Positions 14,547 to 27,362 of a stretch of 64,000 nt of DNA are shown one piece after another. The notes under the pieces were generated by a model. The model ran no database searches. It saw only the letters and a program-made list of their open reading frames with translations, and was not told where the DNA came from. Source of the DNA: Octopus vulgaris (Eukaryota); the NCBI GenBank assembly GCA_951406725.2, contig OX597819.1:32922001-32986000 (forward strand), in the 5' to 3' direction. A program made the translations under genes and the position numbers. The first letter of the stretch is position 1, and every line of letters starts with the position of its first letter.

Positions 14547-14748
14547 GAGGCGATTTGGCAGAATGGTTACTACACCGGGCAAAAGGAACAACAACATCTC
14601 ATCCGTCTATACGTCGGGGTTGACTTTGCCTTTCATCCTTTCGAGGTCTATAAAATAAGTATCATTGAGCACTGGGGTCGATGCAATTGACTAGTTTCGT
14701 CTCCCCAAACATCAGGCCTTGTGCCTACAGTAGAAAGGATTATTATTA
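14547..14748 (+). mobile_element. Nin-core SINE (alternative tail type)
   Basis: GGCGATTTGGCAGAATGG head, GACTTTGCCTTTCATCCTTTCGAGG core, and CAGGCCTTGTGCCTACAGTAGAAAGGATTATT tail. Confidence 0.8.
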
Positions 14749-14925
14749 AGTAATATAATATACATTATTATTATTTTATATGATTTGTTAATTTTCAATT
14801 TTCTTCTACTCGCTTTGTATATACAATTTATGACTTAATCAAAATATAATCCTTATATATTGTTGATTAGTCTATGATATCTTTGAGTTGAATTATATAT
14901 GTTTTAAAAGTATAGTTTTCCTATA

Positions 14926-15491
14926 TTGGGTTGTCCGGAAAGTTCGTGCCGATTTATAGTAGCTTACCTTTCGACTTATATTAGAACATGGTTGAGTCCA
15001 TGAAATAGGATTTGACTACACCTCCATTTAGAGTACAATTTAAGCTATCTTTTCGAGGAAGAAGATTTATATTCCTATAACCTGTGTTAATTCTGTAATC
15101 CTTTAAAATGGAAGATAAGAAAGTTCATTTTCGGCACTTGATGCTTTGGGAATCAGACAAAAATTGCTGCAGCTCGGCAGGGATGTGTTACCCCAACCTC
15201 CATATTCACCAGATATTGCTCCTTCGGATTTCCACTTATTCAGGTCTCTGCAGAATAGTCTTAATGGTAAAAATTTCAATTCCTTGGATGACGTAAAAAG
15301 ATACATTGATGAATTCTTTGCCATGAAACCACCTCAATTCTGGGAAGAGGGTAGTTTCAAGTTAAAGGAAAGATGGAGACGCATTGTGCAACAAAATAGT
15401 TCGTATTTGGTTGGTTAAAAATGTAATGGCAAGTATTTATTGACCTTTTTCTTTCCTTTAAAAATCGGCACAAATTTTCCGGACAACCCAA
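14926..15491 (+). mobile_element. Internally deleted mariner transposon (second family)
   Basis: TA TSD. TIR TTGGGTTGTCCGGAAAGTTCGTGCCGATTT. N-terminus MEDKKVHFRHLML is fused to the C-terminus PQPPYSPDIAPSDFHLFRSLQN (YSPD(L/I)APSD mariner motif). Confidence 0.93.
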
Positions 15492-16249
15492 TATATATGT
15501 TCATTTGTGGAGCGAGTATTTAAAAAAAATTTTTTGTATATTCCCCAACATTGTTTACTCCTTTTCTGTAGTTGTTTTGCATCCACGGAAGTAGAGTTCT
15601 TGCCCTTGGGTGCTGAAATCACGATGGGATCCATTAGGCAGCTGATGAGAGAAATGCTCGGGTTATGCTGAATTGAATTTCCTTCTGCCGTTATATCTGT
15701 GTTTTATTAACGTCGGGTAGTTTTGTTTTTTTTTGTGTTTTCTGTGTTTGTTTTGCTTTAAAGGCATTATACAAATTATTGGAGCATTAATATTGTAGGT
15801 TGACTTAGTTACAGTGTTAAATATTTCTTTATTCATGCAGTCCGTAAATAATTATAGGATATCATGTTCAAATTGCGATTATAAAGCAAATATTAAATGT
15901 ACACATAAGAGTGAGCTTTGAGCATATGTGACCTGTGCGTGCGTGCGTGCGTGTGTGCACGCGCGCGCATGTGTTTACGTGTTTACGGCTATTCTGCGTT
16001 TAGAATTAGCTACTAGTCCTATGAAGGTTAGTTCCCGAAAATTCGTATTCAATGTTAATCATTTCCAGGCAAATATAAGATATATATATATGTTACTCAA
16101 TTGAAAGCTATTGAGTAATATTTCCATTTGATGTTTGTTGTTATACATGATTATACATGATTATACATGAAGGGAAACTTTTATATAAGTGTGCGCGCGG
16201 ACTTACATACATGACTATACATATAAACAAACATATATACACATACATA

Positions 16250-16336
<87 letters not shown>

Positions 16337-16341
<5 letters not shown>

Positions 16342-16482
16342 TCACTGACTGGAATTGAACTCGGAATCTTGGGGGTTAGTAGCCCACGCTCTTAGCCACT
16401 TTGCCATATGCCCGTGGCGTAGTGGTTAAGAATGTGTGCTACTAACCTCAAGATTCCGAGTTCGATTCCAGGCAGTGACCTA
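16337..16482. mobile_element. Back-to-back palindrome of two tRNA-like heads, flanked by (ATT)n and (AAT)n
   Basis: The right half GTGGCGTAGTGGTTAAG...GAGTTCGATTCC has an A box and a B box. The left half is its reverse complement. Confidence 0.8.
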
Positions 16483-16541
<59 letters not shown>

Positions 16542-16566
16542 TAATAATAATAATAAATTCAAAAAT

Positions 16567-16610
16567 ACACCTGATGAAAACTGGAAGGTATATTAGGCCA
16601 AACGTTGTGT
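16567..16610 (+). ncRNA. Minimal hammerhead-like motif (decayed) in composite element copy 1
   Basis: ACAC CTGATGA ...CTGG...TAGGCC AAAC GT T GTGT. Stem I is ACAC/GTGT with palindromic ACGT. G12 is lost and stem II is damaged. Confidence 0.55.
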
Positions 16611-17084
16611 TAACAACAAACAAGATGAGGACAAGTATCCGTCAAATGTAAATAACGTACATAATTCCTCATCTCTTAAATGTAATATTTAATACATACA
16701 CTTACATATTAATATTATACAGGTGCATATCTATAATATACACATCACTTTGGTTTCCATGATGTGTTGTCTAGGTGTATATGCAACTATTACTATTAGC
16801 CTTAACATAACTGTAAGGCATGAGCACTGCGAAAAGGTTGTTCCTGAATACTAAAGGTACAGTCTATCCAACGTGCTTTCCACATAGTTTACGTTTAACC
16901 AATTTCAGATACAAGGCTAAGGTCGGACGAAGTTGTGGTGTCTTGCTCAAGATATTGCGCAAGTGGGGATGAATCTCAATTCTCAAGATAATGAAAGAGA
17001 CTTTTCAGCTACTCGGCTGAGCTGGCATCTATATACCTATATATATATATATTTTATTTTTATATATATATATATCTATATATA

Positions 17085-17125
<41 letters not shown>

Positions 17126-17176
17126 TTTATTTATATATATATACTTTATTTAAAACCAGCAGAAATATAACAAAAT

Positions 17177-17214
17177 CTGTTACTCAGAGTTTCACGTTCC
17201 CGTTCGTCGGACAG
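17177..17214 (-). ncRNA. Type I hammerhead ribozyme motif at the apex of a long hairpin
   Basis: Minus strand reads CTGT CCGACGA ACG-GGAA-CGT GAA ACTC-T-GAGT A ACAG. All three stems pair, the triplet is GUA, and U4C is the only core deviation. Confidence 0.75.
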
Positions 17215-17321
17215 TTTTTTTTGTGTTATATTTCTGCTGCTTTTAAATAAAGCATATTACTCTACCTCTGGTATTTGAGTACTCTTTTTTCTACCTTGTT
17301 TCACGTCTATGTTCTTACTCC

Positions 17322-17364
<43 letters not shown>

Positions 17365-17566
17365 ATGTGTGTGTATACATATACACATGCTCTCGCTCTC
17401 GCTCTCGCCTTTGATATATATATATACATATGTATATATATATGCGTGTATATATATATATGTATATACATATATATATATATAGACACACATAAATATG
17501 GTATATAGATACGCACACACACACACACACACACATATATGTATGTCATGTATATTCAGATACGTC

Positions 17567-17622
<56 letters not shown>

Positions 17623-17932
17623 GCGGATATGAATGCGTGTGCGCATGCCCACGTTTGTGTATATAACAATGTGCTTAGTTGGGAGTAATACTTCAAAGAC
17701 TTCGTCCACAGCGAAGCTCGTCAATCATGTAGAAAGACGATATTATAACTGTTCATTATTGTTGCTATTAATGTTGTCCCCGGTGTTACCGTTGTTATTG
17801 CTGTTGTTGTTATTGGTGGTGGTATGGTGGGGGTGGTATGGTGGGGTGGTGGTAGATGGTGTTGGTTTGGCTGTTGCTGCTATTGTTGTTGTTGGTGATG
17901 GTGTTATTTTTGTTGTTGTTGTAGATGACGAA

Positions 17933-17992
<60 letters not shown>

Positions 17993-18700
17993 AATGATAT
18001 GATGATGATGATGATAATAATATCCATCGTGATGTGATGTTCATATGGTTATCATGGTGATCCTGGTTATAATAATCAACCTAATTATGACGACGACGAC
18101 GATGACGATGATGATGGTGATGATGATGATCATCATGATGATAACGATAGTGATGGCGGCGATGCTGTTCTGGCAGTCGCCATCTTTGGTTGTTTATTTA
18201 TTCGTTTATTTATTTATTTTTTACTGTGTTTGTTGGGCAATAATCCTTACATTTGTTGCTGATTCCGCTTCCAATAGGACTTAGATCGATAACAGTGCCA
18301 GCTCTAGTTTACAACCAATCCTCCTCTACCTACCGCCATAATGCCATTTTCATCCGTTCTCTCTTCTTCCAGCGACCTATAACTCTCCTTTCTTATCTTC
18401 CCCCACCCCCCTCCTATTTCCCTCCCTCTTCGTTTTGCTTTTTCTATTTCTGTCTTTTCTGTCTTTTCACTGCAATTTTTTTTTTTATTTCGTTTTCTTT
18501 CTTTCTCTCCATCTCTCTGTTCTGCTTACTCTCCATCTCTCTGTTCTGCTTACTCTCCTTACACTTTTCCCATTAATCCACAGACTTTATCCATTTTCCT
18601 CCATCATGTTGCCGCCAATAACTCTTCTTTACTCGGCTTCTCTCCTTTCCCCCTTCTCTCTCTCTTACTCCCTCCATGTGCGCGCGCGCGTAGTGTGTAC

Positions 18701-18731
<31 letters not shown>

Positions 18732-19024
18732 TGTGCGTATTAATCACAACATTTCCTGCATCACACTTTATCGGTTGCTATTGAAAGCCACCATTATTAA
18801 CATTTCAACGGTGTACTGTGATGAGAAGACAACTTTTCTCACAAGCTGAACGTCGTAGAGTCACTTTGTACCTTGGATGACTATCACCAATCTGATTCAT
18901 TGTTTTGGTGGCGAATTCTTTTGATATATATACGTAATTATGAACGTACTCTTATATAATTTCGTATACGAAAATATGATTATGTATGTTTGTATATGTA
19001 TGTATGTTTGTATATATATATATA

Positions 19025-19278
19025 ACCGTGATCACCGTGACCGACCAGGCTATCAAATGTTGCTACACATCGCTGGTCGCCTTATATTAGCCTTCAAATG
19101 ACGCCACCCAGCTGGAAGATAGAGTGAGAGAAAGTTGTGGCGAAGGAATACAGCCGGGATCGCCGGAGCCTCGTGGAGCTTTCGCTCAATAAACACTCAT
19201 AACGCCCGGTCTGGGAATCGAAACCGCGATTCTACGACCGCAAGTCCGCTGCCCTAACCACTGGGCCATTGCGCCTCC
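19025..19278 (-). mobile_element. tRNA-derived SINE (family 2), internally deleted
   Basis: Reverse complement of the copy at 40859. Head GGAGGCGCAATGGCCCAGTGGTTAGGGCAGCGG..GGTTTCGATTCCC, tail GGTCACGGTGATCACGG. Inserted in (TA)n. Confidence 0.85.
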
Positions 19279-19279
19279 T

Positions 19280-19956
<677 letters not shown>

Positions 19957-20032
19957 GATCGCCATGTTGATTCGTTAGCTACTGCACGCATTTTTTTCTC
20001 TCCTTCTTTCTGTGTTTTTCTCTCTCTGTGTA

Positions 20033-20070
20033 TCTTTCTGTTGAAGAGCGTAGGCTCGAAACGTTAAAGA
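20033..20070 (+). ncRNA. Minimal hammerhead-like motif with CUGUUGA core, in a ~210-bp (TA)n-flanked module
   Basis: TCTTT CTGTTGA A GAGC-GTAG-GCTC GAAAC GT T AAAGA. Stems I and II are perfect, stem III is palindromic ACGT, and A6 is U. Confidence 0.65.
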
Positions 20071-20167
20071 CTTGTTTTATTTATATTTCCTGAGCGCCAT
20101 ACTAATACAATTGTTCGTTTGTTTTCCACCTGCCTTCGTCTTTTGTTTATTTTCATAAAGCTTCCCG

Positions 20168-20240
<73 letters not shown>

Positions 20241-21099
20241 CGGAGACAATCAAACAGATAAACAAACAAATAGGCAGACACACAGACAAATTTATCGATA
20301 CATAGGTAGATTGACATTTAGTTTTTCGTGAACACTTCTAGACCTCTATTTTTAAAAAAAATCCAAATTTCCCTTATAAACTTTAATTGAAGAGAAAGGA
20401 GCTAAATAATGAATAAAAAAAAAACTACTACTAGATGTGGATGTAAGGTTATTAAGGGTAAAATTGTGTATGTGAAAAAGATGTCAAAAGAAGAAGGTTC
20501 GGAATTAAACTATAAAGAAATTGAGAGTATGTGTATATGTGTGTGCGTATGCATGCGTGCGTTTTTAGTAGAAAGTGGTGTCGGTGCGGAATTCAGGGTA
20601 TTAAGGGTATTAGTCATTACAGGAGTTGAAATCAATTACAAAATGATTGCATTCATTCATTTATGAATATGATTAATAAATTGAGCTCTTTATAGCCATT
20701 TTAATAATCTTTGTATTTATTTAAAGTGGATGTCTCGTTTAGTTTTAGATATAATCTTTTGCTTGTTTTAGGTATTAAACTGCTGCCATGCTGGGGCACT
20801 GCCTTGAAGGGTTTTAATCAAACTAATAGAACACTACCATTTTTTTCTGGGAGACTATATCCGTTGGATGTGCGACTCCGCAATGTATAATACATAAAGC
20901 ATTATGTAATACATAATGTTTTGGAGAAAGTTCCTCGTGTTACGGTTTAAAGTATCTATGCTTGCCAAAACAAGACTAATACAAAGCTATAGTTTTATAG
21001 CTGCTACTCGAATAACAATTATTAATTATTGTTTTTGATTTTGACAACTACACATTATAGTTGGGTCAGTTAGGCACCATCTCTGAGAAAAACAATACC

Positions 21100-21725
21100 A
21101 TGACGCGATTCACACTGCCAGAAATTTCGAATCGATATGCTGTACAGCTTAGCATTCGCGCTGTAATCTCCAATACGAACATTTCAGAGTGTTTGGGTGT
21201 CAGAATGAGGGCAGTGCAGAGAACTCGGAAAGAGTTTGATTAGTATAATGGTGATTAAAAATGAACGGTAGCTCGAAAAACTCACTCTGATTGTTCTGAT
21301 GAGAAAAGAACTCCTGAATTTGTAGGAGAGATACAGGCCATGATTGACAATCATCCCTCCAAGTCAATCAAGTCCATCGCCAGGGATATGGGAGTGTCTG
21401 TTTCTTATCAAGCAAGTAGTACATGAAGGCATTCGATATTCCTCATATAAGATGGAAAAGGGACAATTTTTTTATCCCAAACAATCAAGGATAAGAGGAA
21501 AGACCACACTACGAACCTTTTGAACAAACTCCAGCATCCCCTCCAACCGATTATGCTTTCAATTTTCTCAGACGAGAAAAATTTCTACCAGGATCAGATG
21601 GTGAACGTACAGAACAATCGTTGGCTTCTCGTGTCCCCAAAACATGTACCGAGAGTGATAAAAGTCAAACATCCAGTCAACATCCTGGTATTTGGATTGA
21701 TCACAAGTGATAGCAACGTTATTCA
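21100..21725 (+). pseudogene. Tc1/mariner-superfamily transposase fragment (maT/DD37D-like)
   Basis: IFSDEKNF...NVQNNRW...KHPVNILVFGLITSD (ORF 21520..21747). Upstream HTH-like PSKSIKSIARDMGVS. Truncated before the second D, so the subfamily is tentative. Confidence 0.7.
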
Positions 21726-22174
21726 AATTGCTGATTGGTTTATATAGATTAGGAAAGGTACAAAAGCAAAATATGTTTCAATTACAGATATGAATAAGAT
21801 TCTGATTAAGTCTATTTCACAAGAAAATTCTTTAACCGATGTCAATATATGACAATAAGATATTTCTTTGAATTTTATACGGGAGGCTTGGGTAAATATT
21901 TGCTTCGGTTTGTAATACTTGGAATCTGACAAAATATTTTAGTGCTTCGTGTAAAGTTAACGGCTATTACTTCTTGATGCGTTTGTTTAGCACATACAAT
22001 CCACCACTTTAAATTGCTTGGTCGTCTATCAGCACAAAAAGGAACAGATATATACCATATTTTAAACCCTACGAGAAGCTTACGCATATTAATATTCTTT
22101 AAGATCACTCGCTCTTAGAAGTAACATTACTAGAAGAGTAGCTAAACTTTTATCGATTAAGATAATCATTGACA

Positions 22175-22950
22175 CTAGCAGGACCCGTGAATATTTCACG
22201 GAATAGTAAACTTATTGGGTTATTCCTGAAAATTTACCCCAAAAGCCTTAAAGTGTAGCCTGTGCTGTGTATATATCATCTGCTATTCATTGAAAAGTGA
22301 AGGAAATACGATGAATTCTTAATACACTTTATATATATGATTTATATACAATTTCATAAACTTAATACACAATTTCATAGACTTAATACACAGCACTCAT
22401 AAAATATGCACAATTTCATAGACTTAATACACAACACTCATAAAATAAACATTCACTCTTATTTTCCCATTTCCCCCATATACAGAAAAATTACAATTTA
22501 AAATTAACATGGTCTCAATTTCATATCTAGAAAACAGAAATTTTATAATAAAAACATCATTTTATATGTAAAATATACGGATCACGATTTCACGGGGGTG
22601 AAATTTAATGCATAATAGCATACTCTGAAAACCACATCGTTGGTAACTTATAAGCCAAAGAGATGGGTCAGAGCCAATACAAATTTCAGTTTGTGTACAC
22701 CTTGCAATCCAATACTTCTTTGCAAACTACGTTCTTCGTATAATTTCTCCCTTTTCTTTTCCTTTCTTTGTTGGTGTTGATAACTTTAACTCTCACATAA
22801 GATAATTTGCGAGCCTTTCAAAATGCAACATATAGCTGACCATGGTCCCACTTTATCAGATGTCTACCCCTGTGATTTATTGATAGTCGTTGGATATCGC
22901 AGGAGAACGGGAAACTGGTTTCCTTCTAAAGTGAATGGCAAGTTTGTCAC
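22175..22950 (-). mobile_element. Helitron 3' end with PIF1 helicase C-terminal remnant
   Basis: The minus strand encodes NLPFTLEGNQFPVLLRYPTTINKSQG, HGQLYVAF* and NVVCKEVL. It ends with the hairpin CCGTGAA-ATA-TTCACGG followed by CTAG and then T, a canonical Helitron 3' terminus. Confidence 0.88.
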
Positions 22951-23794
22951 TATGCACTCACCACCACCACTATAAAACCATTATTCCATGCAAATTTAAT
23001 TAATTTTTGTAAAGCTCCTTTTAGTTTGTAAGATAGAAATTTGAATGTAATAAAATGCTTTAAAAAAAATTTTAAGTACCTACGTGATAACTGTAAGCCT
23101 ACTTTTGGACCAACCTTTATATTAGAAAACTGTTCTCTTTTCAGAAGCGGTTTTAGAAATGGTTGGAAAATATTTCCTTTGTGACATTTACTGTAAATAC
23201 TTCGAGACCTCTGTCTTGGCAACTAATTCGACACCAAGGAATTAAAACCCATCACGTTTGGGATTATTGATGATTTATATTATATTAGTCACTCCTTTTT
23301 CCTCCCCTTTGGTGAATATAAGATTTTTTGGTATATTTTACTAGGATGCATAGGGTTTCCTATAATTTCCTCCTATTTCTACATTTATCTAACAATCGAT
23401 AACGCATGGAGTGTGTCTTACAATACCTTATTAACATCTAAATAAAAGCAAAAGAAAAATTAGCAATGATAAAAAAAATCAATAGAAACAATCACCTTTC
23501 TATAAATTACTCAATGTCGCCATATTTTAATCACGGACAGCGTCAGGTAACGGTGGGGGCTAAAGTCATTTGATTTCATTTGTATTTTCTTTCCCCTTAT
23601 CGTTTTGATACTCGCATAAATCATATGATTTTATGGTTTTCATCCATCTCTCGCAGTTTCTTAAGCTCTATTACCATTCATCACGCACGCGAACACATGC
23701 ACTCACACACACACGCGCCCACACGCATATATGTATATGTATATATACATACATACATATATATACATATATATACATATATATACATATATAT

Positions 23795-23835
<41 letters not shown>

Positions 23836-23928
23836 AATGTATATATATATATATATATTATATGTATGTATGTATCTATGTATGTATTTGGGGAGGGGGT
23901 GTACATATTGATTGATAGATAGATAGGC

Positions 23929-24002
<74 letters not shown>

Positions 24003-25439
24003 ATAGAAATATATCAAGTTTGTGTGTGAATGTGTGACTAAATGTATGCGTATTATTTGTGTATGTGTGCGTATGTATGTATGCGTATGTGTGTGTATGT
24101 GTTTTGTGTGTATGTTTGTGTGCGTATATGTGTTAAGATGAGTCACCAAATCACTTTCAAATCTTCACAACTGATATTTTAATTTCAATTTAGTTCAACT
24201 AATTTTTTAAACTGAATTTTAGTTGCTGTCACCAAATTAAAAAGAAAAAAGAAGAGCGATGTATAATTTAGACACAATTTCGAAAAAATAAAATAAAAAT
24301 TACAAGCAAAAACTGTCATTTTAACCAAATATTTCCTCGTGTTCCCTTACAGTTTTTTCCCCCATAAATTATTGTTAAAAATGTTTTTGAAATTACTTTT
24401 GTTGTCGATATTCCCAGTAAAATTGCGAAATATGACTCGGAGTTTGCTGTAATTATGGCAAAAACAGACCAAGACAATAAAAGGGATGTCATGTCTGTGT
24501 TACATAATAACAAAGTCGACGTTGTCAGAGGACAGTGACCGTATCAAAGACGTTCTCTTACAGCTCTTGCTCCTTTCACACGTGTCTCCTTTTCTCTTAC
24601 TATTACTTTCCCAATCTCTCCCTTTAAAAGACTTTCCTTTTTTATCATGTTCCTTAATTTCAGCTTTCTCTACACACATTTTTTTTCATTCTTTTTTTCC
24701 GCCTGACTCCTCTATTCTTATTATACTTCCTCTCGAAAAAACAATGGGTGACAGAATCGATCGCAGCGGATAAAATACTGTAGTATTTAGTCACATATTT
24801 TAATGTTTCAAATCATAATCCCATCGAGCTCAACGTAGCGTTTTATCTTCCCAGTGCTAATAATGTCTCTACATCGCCTTGTCCACATTGTGGCACTTCA
24901 TGGTTGCGGTGCTCATAACGACTATACACTGCTTTGTCCACTACACATTATTTCTCTCCATAGCCCGTAGATAGAAGAAAGCTGCCTGTCTGTCATGGTT
25001 AAAGGAAGAACGTGTGGTATCTTAACGATGTAACATGATAACTCGATTCGTACTATACGAGACAATCGACATTTGACATAGCTCCAAGACTTCCCAGCTC
25101 TTCTTGCGTCAAAGTATGACTGACATTTGAAAAGATGTCGAAAGGCTGCTGTATAAAGAAACCAAAATTGCATATCCCAGCTGATGCTATCTAGTACACG
25201 ACTATTTTCTAAATATCCAAACTATTTCCTGTCCGTAAAGATCTTCAGATCCGAATCTGTGCGTGTTCTTACCGGTTATGATAATGAAGATAATAATAAC
25301 GCCCTGTTAATTTTACCACAAGGCTATCGATTTTAGAGGGATGGGTAATTTAATTCCATCACCTCAAGTACTGGACTGGTATTTGATTGTTTCTGGTGCC
25401 CTATTGGTGCCCTATTGGTGATAGCATTGGTGAAGCTAT

Positions 25440-26595
25440 GACCAGTTTAAATCAGTTGAAAACATCAGATATGATCGAGCGTACTTGTTTGACAATTGTG
25501 TTGAAAGTGGTCGATTTTGCCTTGTGTTTAGGGGCTGGATTGCTGCAATGCACCGCAGCATCTGCTCGGTTGTCACCTCTCAGAACTGTTTCGCTGTTCG
25601 GACCTTCAAGAGGTTCTTTTCGTGTCTACTGTGGAAGCTGAAACTGTTGACATCCTTTTAGAGGTAGGAGATTGAGGGTTGTGCTGACATATGCGGAGGA
25701 TGTCAGAGTCATAGTGTTTCATATCACCTGAGTGGAGGTGGTCGGCACCACTTGGAAGGTAAACGAATCTGTGGCAAGAGCAAACACGAACTTGGACAAG
25801 TCGGTGGTTTCACAAGCTTCGTAACTGGAGCAACAACTCGACACTGACGACACTAGATTGGACCGACAGACTGATTAAATTGCTCAGTTTCTGGTAAACA
25901 CCGACCACCAGGTGGACCGGAACAAAACCGAAGGGACGAAGAGGGCGGTAAATCTTACCTTGAAATGAGATAAGAGGAAGTTGTCCCTGAAAGTTCGAAT
26001 GAAGGTGGCGAACGCTTACATCACCTCCATCATAAACTACATTTTAACCGTTGTACTTTGGTCCATTTAGCACCTAATCTAATTGGAAAGTCTGTTCTTC
26101 GAATTCTAGTGGTAGAGACGCATTTCACTGGTCTAGCTTTCTATCTGCTGTCTATACACTGAGTACTGTAGACTGAGCATTACGCCTTTGTTGAGGCACA
26201 CTTCAGCTTCGTCGCTTTGAGAAATTCCTGGGCAGTGTTCGGGAGGCAAATCTTTCTGTAGCTCATCTCTGAAATGGTTGCTTTCTTGGATGAAGCAAAG
26301 ATCGAAACTGGGCACCTGACATCAAGAATGTTTTCAGCATGCGTCCAATAGATCGGTAGACATTCCAATCCCGCAATCTATAGAGGGAAAGAGAGACGAT
26401 ATCCTCAGCAATCACTGAACGTCGATGAAAACGAACTGGTTGGTCGGTCTGGGAGTACTTTTGGATCGTTCAATAATTTCTTGGTGTCTTTGGCCTGGCA
26501 GTGCAATGAAGTGCGTTACTGGTTCGAGATAAACTCTGCAAGCACGGAATTTCCGTCGGACGGGACTGTCCAATATGTATGCAACGATGAAATTG
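25440..26595 (+). pseudogene. Old Tx1-like LINE ORF2 fragment (RT core to zinc finger)
   Basis: Remnants GCHLS (~25568, CPLS site), LTYAEDV (~25685, YADD site), NLDKS (~25790), ALLVRDKL (~26513) and CPIC..DE (~26568). Colinear with the element at 31584. Confidence 0.65.
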
Positions 26596-26642
26596 TACAT
26601 TATTTACATTTAAAGGATATCTCCTCGTCTTGTTTATTGTTA

Positions 26643-26686
26643 ACCCAACGTTTCGGCTGATGTACTCTCCAGCATTCATCAGTTGC
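26643..26686 (-). ncRNA. Minimal hammerhead motif with intact core in composite element copy 2
   Basis: Minus strand reads GCAA CTGATGA AT GCTG-GAGAGTACAT-CAGC C GAAAC GT T GGGT. The core is canonical but stem I is mutated. Confidence 0.6.
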
Positions 26687-26752
26687 CCTGGAAAATTTCG
26701 AACCTGGGGGTCTCATTCCTAAGGTATTTTTCGATGATATTATGATGATGAT

Positions 26753-26795
<43 letters not shown>

Positions 26796-26815
26796 GCAGC
26801 AGCAGCAGCAGCAGC

Positions 26816-26923
<108 letters not shown>

Positions 26924-26932
26924 TATTATTAT

Positions 26933-27080
26933 TCAGATCACTGCCTCGAATCGAACTCGGAATCTTGGGGTTAGTAGCCCGCGCTCTTAACCACTACGCT
27001 ATATGCCCATGGGCGTAGTGGTTCAGAGCACGGACTACTAATCCCAAGGTTCCGACTTCGATTTCAAGCAGTGACCTGAA
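26933..27080. mobile_element. Second back-to-back tRNA-like palindrome
   Basis: Homologous to 16337..16482, with centre CCACTACGCTATATGCCCATGGGCGTAGTGG. Confidence 0.8.
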
Positions 27081-27098
27081 TAATAATAATAAAGTGCT

Positions 27099-27149
<51 letters not shown>

Positions 27150-27155
<6 letters not shown>

Positions 27156-27362
27156 CCTTTCTTCTATAGGCACTAGGCCTGGAATTTGTGGGGAGGGTAT
27201 AGTCAATTACATCGATCCCAGCAGCCAGCTTGTACTTATTGTATCTGAAAGAACGGAAAACAATGTCGACCTCGGTGGAATTTAAAATCAGAACATCAAG
27301 ACGGACGAAATGCCGCTAAGCACTTTGTCTGGCGTGCTAACGATTCTGCTAGCTCACCTCCT
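27150..27362 (-). mobile_element. Nin-core SINE
   Basis: Reverse-strand head, core and tail ending in (ATT)n. Confidence 0.75.

Noticed and set aside
15637-15670. GCAG CTGATGA GAG-AAATG-CTC G as a possible hammerhead
   Set aside because: No GAAA follows stem II and there is no stem III.
15560-15930. Possible additional Penelope-like 3' fragments here and at 12600-12960
   Set aside because: Too degenerate to identify motifs without BLASTx.
16414-16480. Functional tRNA gene
   Set aside because: Has A/B boxes but no convincing acceptor stem, and it occurs as half of a repeated palindrome, so it is treated as a tRNA-derived head.
21293-21320. CTGATGAG...CTC motif
   Set aside because: Lies inside transposase coding remnant and lacks the GAAAC core.
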